Origin: an uncultured Gemmatimonadales bacterium | GTDB taxonomy: Bacteria; Gemmatimonadota; Gemmatimonadetes; Gemmatimonadales; GWC2-71-9 | DNA: 64,000 nt | Direction of reading: 5' to 3' | Assembly (NCBI GenBank): GCA_963842945.1 | Contig: CAWJIM010000024.1 | Coordinates: 352,001-416,000 of the forward strand | In this document: one piece after another, positions 11,638 to 21,727 of the stretch | How positions within the stretch are numbered: the first letter of the stretch is position 1 | Layout: each line of letters starts with the position of its first letter | Notes under the pieces: model-generated | Told to the model about the DNA's origin: nothing | The model's input: the letters and a program-made list of their open reading frames with translations, nothing else | Database searches by the model: none | Translations under genes and position numbers: made by a program

Positions 11638-11725
11638 ACCTGGTCTTGTTGAGGGACGGAGCAATGTAATGCCGGGTGAGATTCGTTACCACCCCGAGAG
11701 CCGGTATGGCAGACGGGTTTCCGGT

Positions 11726-12478
11726 CTATGCGGGGCGCCGCCCGGCGCGCAGGGTCAGGGGCCAGCGGACCAGCCAGGAGCTCCGGTTGTCGCCCCAGAG
11801 GGGCTGCAGCTCCCGGGCAAGCTCGGGTATCGGGTCCGATCCTTTTGCCTCTCGGTACAGCTGGGTTGCGGACCAGGTCCCGATATAGCCCAGCAGCTCG
11901 TCCAGCGTCCAGTGCCGCTGCATCTGAAAGTCCGGATGATCGAGCTCGGGATAGGGAAAGCTGATGGTGCTGTACCCGGCTTCCACGTGACACCGTTCAG
12001 GAGGCCAGTAAGGGCCCACCACTTCATGGTAGAACCGGGTCAGGACGGCGTTCACCGCCAGGTCCTCGAGCACCTGATTGCCATAGGTCCAAATCGCCAG
12101 TATCCCGGCTGGTTTGAGCACCCGGCTCACCTCAGCGTAGAACCGTTCCGGCTCGAACCAGTGCAAGGCCTGGGCGACGGTGACCAGGTCGGCGCTCCCT
12201 GGCTCCAGCTCACTGTCGTAGGCGCTGCCCTGGCGGTATTCCACGGAGGCGTGGACCGGCGCCTGTGCCAGCATGGCGCTGCTGATGTCGGTCGCGATCA
12301 CCCGCCGGAAATACCGGCTGAGCGGGATGCTGGCCTGCCCGCTTCCCGCGGCGCAGTCCCACGCCAAATCATGCCCGCTGGCTGCTCCGGCCAGAAAGGC
12401 GAACAACTCGTCCGGGTAAGCCGGCCGCCTGAGCGCATAGGCATCCGCAACTACCGAAAAGTGGTCAGAGGCCTTCAC
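11726..12478 (-). CDS. Class I SAM-dependent methyltransferase
   Basis: RPAYP, AWDCAAGSGQ and DLVTVAQALHWF motifs. Confidence 0.9.
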   Translation of the reverse strand: MKASDHFSVVADAYALRRPAYPDELFAFLAGAASGHDLAWDCAAGSGQASIPLSRYFRRVIATDISSAMLAQAPVHASVEYRQGSAYDSELEPGSADLVTVAQALHWFEPERFYAEVSRVLKPAGILAIWTYGNQVLEDLAVNAVLTRFYHEVVGPYWPPERCHVEAGYSTISFPYPELDHPDFQMQRHWTLDELLGYIGTWSATQLYREAKGSDPIPELARELQPLWGDNRSSWLVRWPLTLRAGRRPA

Positions 12479-13635
12479 GGCGACCGCGAAGCCTCCGATA
12501 GGACACCGCGGGCTCGGAGCAGCCGGATGACCTCGGCCACCGGGAGGGCCTCGACGGTTCCTCGGTTGGACGACGCGGTGGTCGCCATGAACAGAGAGTT
12601 GTAAATCGCCTCTTCGGTGGCCTCGGCGACTGCCTGAAACAATCCCGACATTGCGTCGTTGGCCAGCTCGGGCGTATTGCGCCGGAGCTCACCCGATCGG
12701 CGCCGGACCTCTGGGCTGGTGGAGAAGGCGATCACGTAATCGCCCGACCCGTTGTCCATCCAGGAGCCGGTTCGGCCTACTCCGATCAGCGCCCGGGCCC
12801 CGAGCCGGCGAAGATTTCGGTCCGAAAGAGGGGCGTCGGTCGCCACGACGATCATGATGGAACCTTTCCCTCCTTGCGCCTCGCCTCCGAGCCTGACTCC
12901 GCGGCGGTTCAACGCGCGCCCGACGGGAACACCGAGAATGTGGAGGTCGCCTCCAAAGTTGGACTGTACCAGCACCCCCACCGTCCAGCGACTGCCCGAA
13001 TCGGCAACGACTCGGGAAGAGGTGCCGATCCCGCCCTTCCAGCCAAAGGCCACAGTCCCGGCGCCGGCTCCGACACTCCCCTCCTCTACCACGCTCGAGG
13101 TGCTGGTAAGAGCCTGGCGCACATCGCCCCGGACGATGGGACGGCTCCTGATGGCGTTGAGCACATATCCGTCGTTGGTCTCACCCACGACCGGGTTGAT
13201 GGATCGCACATCGGTCATGCCGGGGCGCTCCAAGAGGAATTCCACCATGGCGTCTGCGGCTTTCCAGACGCACAGGGTACAGGTGAGAAGGATGGGCGTC
13301 TCCAGCTCACCCAGCTCGTTCACCTGGGTACTGCCGAGCAATTTGCCGAACCCATTTCCCACCACGATCGCTGCCGGAACTCGATCGAGAAACAGATTGC
13401 CCTGGTGGGGCAGGATGGCAGTGATGCCGGTGTGCACCGAATCTCCCCGGACCACAGTGGTTTGACCGACCCGCACGTCTGCTACGTCGGTAATGGAATT
13501 GGCGGCTCCGGGCTCGAGAGTTCCTGGAGCCACGCCGAGAGCGCGGGCGCGAGCGTGGGCCGGAGGTGAGGCCTGGGCCATTCCCTTGAGCGGCAACAGC
13601 AGAGCGAGAGTGGTGAGGACAAGGATGGAGATCAT
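12475..13635 (-). CDS. dmpA: P1/S58 family peptidase (DmpA-like)
   Basis: NSITDV..VRVG, NGFGK, PVVGETNDG, KGGIGTSSR, GSIMIVVATDAPL and NGSGD motifs; signal peptide. Confidence 0.88.
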   Translation of the reverse strand: MISILVLTTLALLLPLKGMAQASPPAHARARALGVAPGTLEPGAANSITDVADVRVGQTTVVRGDSVHTGITAILPHQGNLFLDRVPAAIVVGNGFGKLLGSTQVNELGELETPILLTCTLCVWKAADAMVEFLLERPGMTDVRSINPVVGETNDGYVLNAIRSRPIVRGDVRQALTSTSSVVEEGSVGAGAGTVAFGWKGGIGTSSRVVADSGSRWTVGVLVQSNFGGDLHILGVPVGRALNRRGVRLGGEAQGGKGSIMIVVATDAPLSDRNLRRLGARALIGVGRTGSWMDNGSGDYVIAFSTSPEVRRRSGELRRNTPELANDAMSGLFQAVAEATEEAIYNSLFMATTASSNRGTVEALPVAEVIRLLRARGVLSEASRSP

Positions 13636-14120
13636 GGATTGAAGGGGGGCTGCCGCAGCCCCAGCTCGACCTCGAGGCGGTCGATAAACTCCGCCTGGGC
13701 GGGGTTGATCTTTTCCCGGGCCCGCGCCGGGCTAAACCAGGCACAGCGATCTACCTCGGGAAAGGTGAGCCATCGGCCGGAGCCGCGGGGCCACTCGGTT
13801 TTCATGGTGTTGCTCGTTATCTGAGTCGGATCGGCCTCACCTTCCCAGGCCCAGGCATGCACAATTTTGCCGGCCTTCTGTCGTACCGCACCCAGTGAGA
13901 CGAAAGGTCCCTCGGGCCGAATCCCGGTTTCTTCTTGGAACTCTCGCTGCGCCGTGGTGAGAAGGTCTTCTCCGGCTTCAGCCACGCCTTTGGGTAAGGT
14001 CCAGGCGCCCGCATCTCTGGCCTTCCAGAAGGGGCCGCCCGGGTGCGCCAGGAAAATCTCCAAGCCGGCTGGCGTTCTTCGGAAGAGCAGGAGTCCCGCG
14101 CTGGGTGAGGAGCTCTTCAG
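13632..14120 (-). CDS. NUDIX hydrolase
   Basis: SAGLLLFR...HPGGPFW...GAWTLPKG...AQREFQEETG. The conserved N-terminus extends to a CTG at 14120. Confidence 0.85.
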   Translation of the reverse strand: MKSSSPSAGLLLFRRTPAGLEIFLAHPGGPFWKARDAGAWTLPKGVAEAGEDLLTTAQREFQEETGIRPEGPFVSLGAVRQKAGKIVHAWAWEGEADPTQITSNTMKTEWPRGSGRWLTFPEVDRCAWFSPARAREKINPAQAEFIDRLEVELGLRQPPFNP

Positions 14121-14803
14121 GGCTGCACTCTCGAGGCGCAGAAGTAACCGGCCGGATCAGGCAGGATGTGTTTGCTCCCCTCATCGAGGGTCACCTCCCA
14201 CCCGGGCTCCGCCTTCCACCAGCCCCAGAATCCTTCTTTCCCGACGGCCGTAATCATGAGATGTTCGGCGTGGGAATCGGGCCCGCCCCCTTCACCGAGC
14301 CTAAGATGATTGCCGGCCAGCACGGCGCCCGGGTGCGCCGGGTCTTTGGAACCGGCGTTTGGGCGCCAGGTGGTATCGCCTTGTTCGGTCACGAGCCAAC
14401 CAACCAGATCCCGCACGGCGCCGCCAACAGCATGGGCCCGCGCCGTGGAATCCAGCGGAACCAGGTGCAGACGGCCCACGCTGGTTTCCCCGGCCCTGGG
14501 CTGCGTCTGTACCTGGATCAGCTCGTAGTCACCGGCCAGGCCGAAGGCGCGGGCCGTGATCGGGTGCTCGGCCGAAGCGGGGACGGCGGGTCCACACCGC
14601 TCGGGCGCGGTAGCGGGAGCACCGGCTGAGTGGCAGCCCACGAGGCAGCTACTCAGCGCAACCAGTTGTAGGAGGCGCGACTCTGCTTCCACGGTCACCT
14701 GGGCTGAGGTCGGAGCCACGGTTTTGGGAGCCTGCTGACGAGATTCCGTCCCGGCCAGGATGGAACCGACTCGAACGTACGCGGATTGAGGGCTGTTGGC
14801 CAT
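14117..14803 (-). CDS. Hypothetical lipoprotein
   Basis: 228-aa ORF with lipobox LVGC; true start uncertain. Confidence 0.55.
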   Translation of the reverse strand: MANSPQSAYVRVGSILAGTESRQQAPKTVAPTSAQVTVEAESRLLQLVALSSCLVGCHSAGAPATAPERCGPAVPASAEHPITARAFGLAGDYELIQVQTQPRAGETSVGRLHLVPLDSTARAHAVGGAVRDLVGWLVTEQGDTTWRPNAGSKDPAHPGAVLAGNHLRLGEGGGPDSHAEHLMITAVGKEGFWGWWKAEPGWEVTLDEGSKHILPDPAGYFCASRVQP

Positions 14804-14873
14804 AGCGCGAGCAATGGCCCACAGCCCAAAAGAGTGGTAGGCTTAGAGGAGATTCCTCTGACCTGAAGCAATT

Positions 14874-16550
14874 ATGAACACGCGACGTCTGTTGGGCCGC
14901 CGGCCCTCGACACCTGTCCGGACCACCGCATCACGCCCGGGGCAGAGTCTCCCCTCCGAAATGTTCGGACAGACCTGCCGCCGGGTAGGCATCGTCAGCA
15001 TTGTCTTCGCGTCACTCTGGGCCATCACCCTCTTCCTGAACAATATCGTGGCCGGCTGGCTGGGCGAGATGGCGTTCATGCAGTACCTCTGGCCCTTTCC
15101 CGGCAATCTGGTTGCCACGATCGGCGTCGCGAGCTCACTCGGGATGACGTGGCTGGCTCATCGTCTGAGTGGCAAACCGATGCTCCTGGAAGTGGGCGCC
15201 GGCTTTTTGGTCCTCCAATGCCTGCTGATTGCGATCCTGAGCCAGTGGGCGCCAGTTCCCATCTCCCCCCGGATCTCCTGGGTCTGCATCCCGATTCTGT
15301 TCTATCCCGCGATCGTCCCGAACACGCCGAGGAGGACGTTGATAACATCCTTACTCGCTGCTTCGATGGAGCCGGTTGCGCTGGTGCTGAGCCACCTTCG
15401 AGGAGCCCAAGTTCAGCTCAACGCATTCTACATCCTGTGGGACTTCCTCCCCACCTACATCTGCGCCTTTCTCGTGGTCATTCCCGTCAAGATCATTCAC
15501 GGCCTGGGCCAGCAGGTCCGGCGGGCTCGGGAACTGGGGAGCTATCGGCTGGAGGAGCCCCTGGGCAAGGGCGGAATGGGGGAGGTCTTCAAGGCAACCC
15601 ATCAGATGCTGGCCCGGCCTGCGGCGGTGAAGCTCATCCGCTCGGAGCTGCTCGGTTCGAGCTCGCCCAGCGCGGCCAGAGTCATCATCGAACGATTCCG
15701 GCGGGAAGCGGAAGCCGCTGCCTCACTCCGGTCGCCGCACACCATCAATTTGTACGACTTCGGCATCTCTCAGGATGGAACTTTCTTCCTCGTAATGGAG
15801 CTCCTCGATGGTCTCGACCTGGAGACGCTGATCGAGCGGTACGGTCCTCTACCGGCAGAGCGGGTGGTGTATCTGCTGCGGCAGGCCTGTGAGTCGCTGG
15901 CCGAAGCCCACGCGCGAGGCCTGATCCACCGAGACATAAAGCCATCCAACATTTTTACCTGCCGGATGGGGCTGGATGTGGACTTCGTGAAGGTTCTCGA
16001 CTTCGGTCTGGTCAAGGCCATGGGAGAAGGAGACCGGGAGTCCACGATGCTCACCGAACCCGACAGCACTACCGGGACGCCGGCCTATATCGCGCCTGAG
16101 GTGATTCGGGGCGATCGAGTGCCGGACCACAGGGTGGACATCTATACCCTCGGCTGTGTGGGCTACTGGCTGCTGACCGGCCGGCTGGTGTTCCAGGCAC
16201 CCAACGCAATCCGGCTCATGTATCAGCACGCGAACGCACAGCCGGTTGCCCCTTCGCAGCGGAGCGAGCTGGAGGTCCCGGCAGATCTGGACCGCATCAT
16301 TCTGGCTTGCCTGGCCAAACTGCCTGAAGACCGTCCCCAGTCGGCGCACGAACTTTCCCGGTTGCTGGCGGCGTCGGCTGCAGGGAACGGGTGGACCGAA
16401 GAGCAGGCCCACCGCTGGTGGGACCGGCACCATCCCGCTTCCGCCGGCCTCCGGTCCACGGAAGCGCGGCAGCAGGTGCTCACCAAGACCATGGACCTGG
16501 AGTGGGAACCCGTGACCACCCCGGCACCGGGGCTGGGCTCAGCCTCGTGA
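14874..16550 (+). CDS. Hanks-type Ser/Thr kinase with N-terminal multi-TM region
   Basis: About 5 hydrophobic segments, then LGKGGMGEV, AAVK, HRDIKPSN, DFG and GTPAYIAPE. Confidence 0.93.
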   Translation: MNTRRLLGRRPSTPVRTTASRPGQSLPSEMFGQTCRRVGIVSIVFASLWAITLFLNNIVAGWLGEMAFMQYLWPFPGNLVATIGVASSLGMTWLAHRLSGKPMLLEVGAGFLVLQCLLIAILSQWAPVPISPRISWVCIPILFYPAIVPNTPRRTLITSLLAASMEPVALVLSHLRGAQVQLNAFYILWDFLPTYICAFLVVIPVKIIHGLGQQVRRARELGSYRLEEPLGKGGMGEVFKATHQMLARPAAVKLIRSELLGSSSPSAARVIIERFRREAEAAASLRSPHTINLYDFGISQDGTFFLVMELLDGLDLETLIERYGPLPAERVVYLLRQACESLAEAHARGLIHRDIKPSNIFTCRMGLDVDFVKVLDFGLVKAMGEGDRESTMLTEPDSTTGTPAYIAPEVIRGDRVPDHRVDIYTLGCVGYWLLTGRLVFQAPNAIRLMYQHANAQPVAPSQRSELEVPADLDRIILACLAKLPEDRPQSAHELSRLLAASAAGNGWTEEQAHRWWDRHHPASAGLRSTEARQQVLTKTMDLEWEPVTTPAPGLGSAS

Positions 16551-16609
16551 CGCTCTTCCCTTCCCGCTGAACGATTCCATGACCGCCGGACGCCTGGCCG
16601 CCAGAGGTC

Positions 16610-18028
16610 ATGACCGGGCCGGGACCGCTGGATCGCGCGCTTCGCCTCTTCGCCGACGTTCGCGCGGGCGAAGGCGGAACCGCGTTGCTGCTCGCCCTCA
16701 ACGTCTTCCTCATCTGTCTCGCCTACTACTTCATAAAGCCGATTCGCGAGGCGCTGATCCTGTCGGGCGAGGGAGCGGAGGTGAAGTCGTACGCCGCCGC
16801 CGGGCAGGCGCTCCTGCTTCTGATCCTGGTGCCTGCCTACGGCCTGCTGGCGGATCGGTTGCCCCGCCGCGGGTTGCTGAACGCGGTCACGGCGTTCTTC
16901 GTGGTCTGCCTGATTGGGTTCTATGGTCTCACCCAGGCCGGGTCTCCGTGGGGGTGGTGTTTTTCCTCTGGGTTGGGATCTTCAATTCGATGATCGTGGC
17001 TCAGTTCTGGTCCTTCGCCAACGACATCTACACCAAGGAACAAGGCGAGCGGCTCTTTGCCATCGTGGCGTTCGGGGGATCACTGGGAGCCGTGCTGGCC
17101 AGCGTCGTGGCCGGCAAACTCATTCCGCTGATCGGCGTTCCCCAGCTCTTGCTGGCCGCCGCGGGACTCCTGATCCTGGCCAGCGGTGCTCAGCAACGTG
17201 GTCGACGCCCGGGAACGGGCCCGGCACGAAACCCATCTGCCGGTGCACCTCACCACCGCGGAGATCCCGGCAGCAACCGGTGAATACCAGATCCATATCG
17301 GTCGAGGACGTAAAGAAGCTGACCGTGTCCCTGCCCGGCACCGGACCGACTTCGCGCAAGGGGACCTTCCGGCTCGTATTTCAGGACCGATATCTCCTGC
17401 TGATTGCCTTTCTGGCCTTGGTCCTGAACTGGGTAAACTCCACGGGGGAGTACATCCTGGGCCGGACGGTGGAAGGAGCGGCGCAGGCTGCGGTGGCGGC
17501 GGGTACAGCCGGGGGACTCTCGGTCCCGGAATACATCGGCCAGTTCTACTCCGAGTTTTTCTTTGCGCGTCGAATCTGGTCGGGCTCACGGTCCAGCTCT
17601 TCCTGGTGTCACGGTTGCTGAAATACTTGGGGGTCCGGAGTGGCGATCATGGTCCTCCCCGATCATCGCACTCTTCGGCTACGCCGTCCTGGCGTTCGTC
17701 CCGATTCTGGCGCTGGTCCGAGTGGTGAAGATCGCGAGAGAACGCCACCGACTACTCGATGCAGAACACCGTACGCAACGTGCTCTTTCTTCCCACCAGC
17801 CGCGACCAGAAGTACAAAGCCAAGCAGGCCATCGATTCCTTTTTCGTTCGAGGTGGTGACGTGCTCTCCGCCGCCCTGGTCTACGCAGGCACCACGTGGC
17901 TGGCGCTCGGACCCACCGGCTTTGCCCGGGTGAACCTGGTCCTGGCGGTAGTGTGGGTGTTGCTCGCAGTGGCGATCGGACGGGAGTATGGACGCAAGTC
18001 GAGAGCGCAGCAGACCAGCGCGCGCTAG
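16610..18028 (+). CDS. Npt1/Npt2 (TLC ATP/ADP translocase)-like MFS transporter, several frameshifts
   Basis: AYYFIKPIREALIL, VAQFWSFANDIYTKEQGERLFAI...GGSLGA and KYKAKQAIDSFFVRGGD motifs across frames. Confidence 0.75.
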
Positions 18029-19168
18029 TGACACGACTCTGGTCCTGGCTCGTCGTCGGCCTGGCTACGGCCGCATGCGGCGGCCCGCCACCAGCCGCAG
18101 CCCCAGTCCCGCAGATCTCGCCGCAAGCGATTGCCACCCGGATTTACCTCATCGGAGACGCGGGAGACCCCCGGGCTGGCGGTGAGCCTGTGCTCGAGGC
18201 ATTGAGCCGAGACCTTGCGGCGCAGCGAATGGAGACCGTTGTCGTTTTCCTGGGCGACAACGTCTACCCCAAAGGTCTGCCCGCGCCCCAGGATCCGGAG
18301 CGGGCCGAAGCAGAGCGCCGCCTCCGGACCCAGCTCCAGGTTGTCGAGCGGGCCGGCGTCAAAGGCTACTTCGTGCTCGGGAATCACGATTGGGACAGGT
18401 TTGGGAAGGGTGGATGGGAGGCCGCCCTCCGGCAGGAGCGCTACATCGACTCCGCGGGTCGTGGATACGCCACGCTCAAACCGGGAGGAGGTTGTCCTGG
18501 GCCCAGCATCGTCGATATCGGGACCCGGGTGCGGCTGCTGCTGCTCGACACTCAATGGTGGCTCCATGGAGCCGCCAAACCGGTGGACCCCACCTCGAGC
18601 TGCCCGGCGGACAGCGAGCAGGAAATCGTTGACTCTCTCCGCAGCGCCATTCAGAATGCCGGTACCCGAATGACGCTGGTCGCGGCCCACCACCCGCTGG
18701 CCAGCGGCGGGCCCCATGGCGGACACTTCGGATGGGAGGACCACATCTTTCCTCTGCGGCTGGTAAAACCCTGGTTGTGGCTCCCGCTGCCCTTCATCGG
18801 ATCGCTGTATCCCTCGGCGCGACAACACGGGGTGTCCAGCCAGGATATGTCGTCTCGCGCCTATCAGCGGCTCATCGCTGCGTTCCGGCGGGCGTTCTCC
18901 GGCCAGTCTCCGGACCTGTACGCCGCGGGACATGAGCACAACCTTGAGGTCATAGCCGGCGGCCCGGTCCGGCTGGAGCTGGTGAGCGGCGGCGGGATCT
19001 ACCAGCACACCGACAAAGCGGCCAACATTCCGGGGAACCCTGTTCGCGAAAGAGGCAAGTGGGTTCGCTCGATTGGATGTGCCGTCTGCCGGACCGGCTC
19101 GACTGGCGGTGCTCACGGTAACGGCCGACGGCCAGAGTCACGAGGCCTATTCTACCTGGGTAAAGTGA
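18028..19168 (+). CDS. Calcineurin-like metallophosphoesterase lipoprotein (frameshift ~19035)
   Basis: Lipobox TAAC; IGDAG, LGDNVY, GNHDW, HHP and AGHEH motifs; shifted frame ends ...YSTWVK* at 19168. Confidence 0.85.
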
Positions 19169-19172
19169 AGCG

Positions 19173-21727
19173 ATGCCCCATTGCCGAGTGCTGTTCCTGA
19201 GTCTCACGGCGGCCCTGATCGGCTCGACGGCAGTCGCTCAGACCAGCCGCCAGAAGAGACACGCTGGTTGCAGCCGGGCCCCAGTACGGTGCGAGCGGGC
19301 TGCACGAACTCATGCTCGGCCGGGAGTACCGGTCGCTGTGGACCACCCCGATCTCGGTGGCCGTCCTCGATCTGGGCAGCTTTGCCGGAGGGCTCCGACC
19401 GGTCTCGAAAGGCGGCGGTTACCAGACCAAGTCGCTGCTGCTGGTCGGTGCGGACGGTCGCGAGTTTTTCTTCCGGTCCGTCGACAAGGATCCCTCAGCC
19501 ACCTTGCCGCTCGAGCTCCGGCCCACCGTAGCCGGGAGCGTGGTGCGGGACCAGACCAGCTCCGCCTTCCCCACCGCTCCCCTGGTTGTGGATCGGCTGC
19601 TTCGGGCAGCCAGGATTCCACACGGCGATCAACGGCTGTATGTCCTCCCCGAGACCCGCGCCTGGGCGAGTTCCAGGCCGAGTTTGCCGGTGTGATGGGG
19701 TTTCTGGAAGAACGGATCGGCGGGTCCAGCGGTACCGGCTGCGAGGTGGGGCGGCGCCAGCGAGATCATCGGCAGTGACAGTCTCTTTGCCCGAACCAGC
19801 CGGAGCGCGGATGACCGGGTGGATACCCGGGCACTGCTCAAGGCCAGGCTGTTCGATGTCCTGATAGGCGACTGGGATCGCCACTCCGACCAGTGGGTCT
19901 GGGCCCGGTACAACGACAAGGTTCCTCGAGTGTGGGTTCCGATTCCCCGAGACCGGGACCAGGCCTTCGCCAAATACGATGGGCTGCTCCTCTCGGTGGC
20001 CCGGACCAATTCGCCGATTCTCACCAATTTCGGGCCTAAATACCCCTATCTCCCGGGCGCCACCTGGAACGGCCGGGATCTCGATCGCCGTTTCCTGGTC
20101 GAGCTCGAATGGCCGGAATGGCAATCGGCAGTTGTCGCCCTGCAAGCCAGCCTGACCGACTCAGTCATTGCACGATGCCGTACAGGCCCTCCCGCCCGAA
20201 CACCTCGCCATCCAGGGTGAGACGCTCAGAGCGGCACTGCGCCGGAGGCGGAATGACCTGCCCAAGGCCGCGGAGAAGTACTATCGCCTGCTCGGCGAGC
20301 AGGTCGACGTCCATGCGACCGCGCAATCGGACCAGGCGCAATTCACTCGGGTCGGCAAAGACACGGCTGAGCTCACACTGTCCCGGTCTGATGGGAGCGG
20401 GCCCTCGGCTCCGTACTATCGGCGTCGGTTCGACTCCCACACCACCAAGGAGGTTCGGGTCTTCCTGGGAGCAGGAGACGACGGCATGACGGTGAGTGGG
20501 CCGGCCACTGAGGGACCGATGCTCAGAGCGCTGGGTGAGGACGGACGAGATCGGCTGGTGGACTCGAGCAGGTCGAATCGGGAGAAATTCTATGACGACA
20601 GCACCGGGCCGGCCCACACCCAGGGCTTTGCCACAGGAGTAGACCGCCGCCCCGATATCACACCTCACCCGAGCGAGAATGAGCTGCCGCCCCGTGACTG
20701 GGGCCAGCGCTGGATTCCCTACACCTGGGCAAGCTACGGACCGGACATCGGCCTCTTCATCGGTGGTGGCCGCATCCTGACCGTCTATGGTTTTCGAAAA
20801 TATCCCTACTCGAGCCGGCACCGGTTCCTCGCGGGGATCGCGACGGGACCCTGGACGTACCGGCTGGACTACCACGGCGATTTCCGACGGGAGGATTCGA
20901 GAACCCATTTCGAGCTGTTCGCCCGCGCGTCCGGAGTTGAGGTCATCAGCTTTCATGGCTTTGGGAATGAAATCCCAGCTCCGGGCGATAACGAGTTCTA
21001 TCGGGTGACCCAGGACGCGTACGGAATGCTCCCTTTGATGGCATTTTCCGTCGGGCCGCACTCGGAGATCCAGCTGGGTCCGCTCCTGAAGTACGCGTCG
21101 ACCGACAACCGGCCGGACCGATTCCTCGCCACGCTGGGCGATCTCTATGGCACCGGAAACTTCGGAGAGCTCGGTGGCAGGCTTACCCTCCGGCACGATA
21201 CCCGCGATCGGGAGCAAGCGGCGCAACGGGGTTTGTACCTCGAGCTGACCGGGACCTTGTACCCGGCTCTGTGGGACGTGGACAGCGTCTTCGGCGAAGT
21301 GCACGGTGAGGCCCGGACGTTTCTTACTGCCCACGCGCCGCTCGACCCCACCCTGGCGCTTCGGGTAGGCGGCAAGAAGGTCTGGGGGCAGTATCCGTTT
21401 TTCGAGGCCGCGTTCATCGGCGGCGCCTCGACCGTGCGGCTGGGCAAAGTGAATCGCTACGCCGGCGACGCGTCGGCCTACGGCTCGGCCGAGCTGCGAC
21501 TGGCCCTGGCGCGCTTCGAGTTGATTCTTCCTACCCAGCTCGGCGTTTTTGGATTGGCCGACGTGGGCCGAGTCTACCTCGCCGGCGAGAGCTCCGACAC
21601 CTGGCATTCCGCCTTCGGTGGCGGGCTTTCCCTTTCTTATCTGCAGCGGGCCTACACCTTCTCAGTCGCGATGGCGGCGGGGGACGAACGTACCGCCGTC
21701 TATGTCCAGGCCGGCTTCGGATTCTGA
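19173..21727 (+). CDS. BamA/TamA (Omp85)-family outer membrane protein with N-terminal atypical-kinase-like domain (frameshifts)
   Basis: Signal peptide; KGGGYQTKSL...RSVDK, LFDVLIGDWDRHSDQW and PIPRDRDQAF; C-terminal barrel with GGASTVR...RYAGD..YGSAELR ending QAGFGF. Confidence 0.75.
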
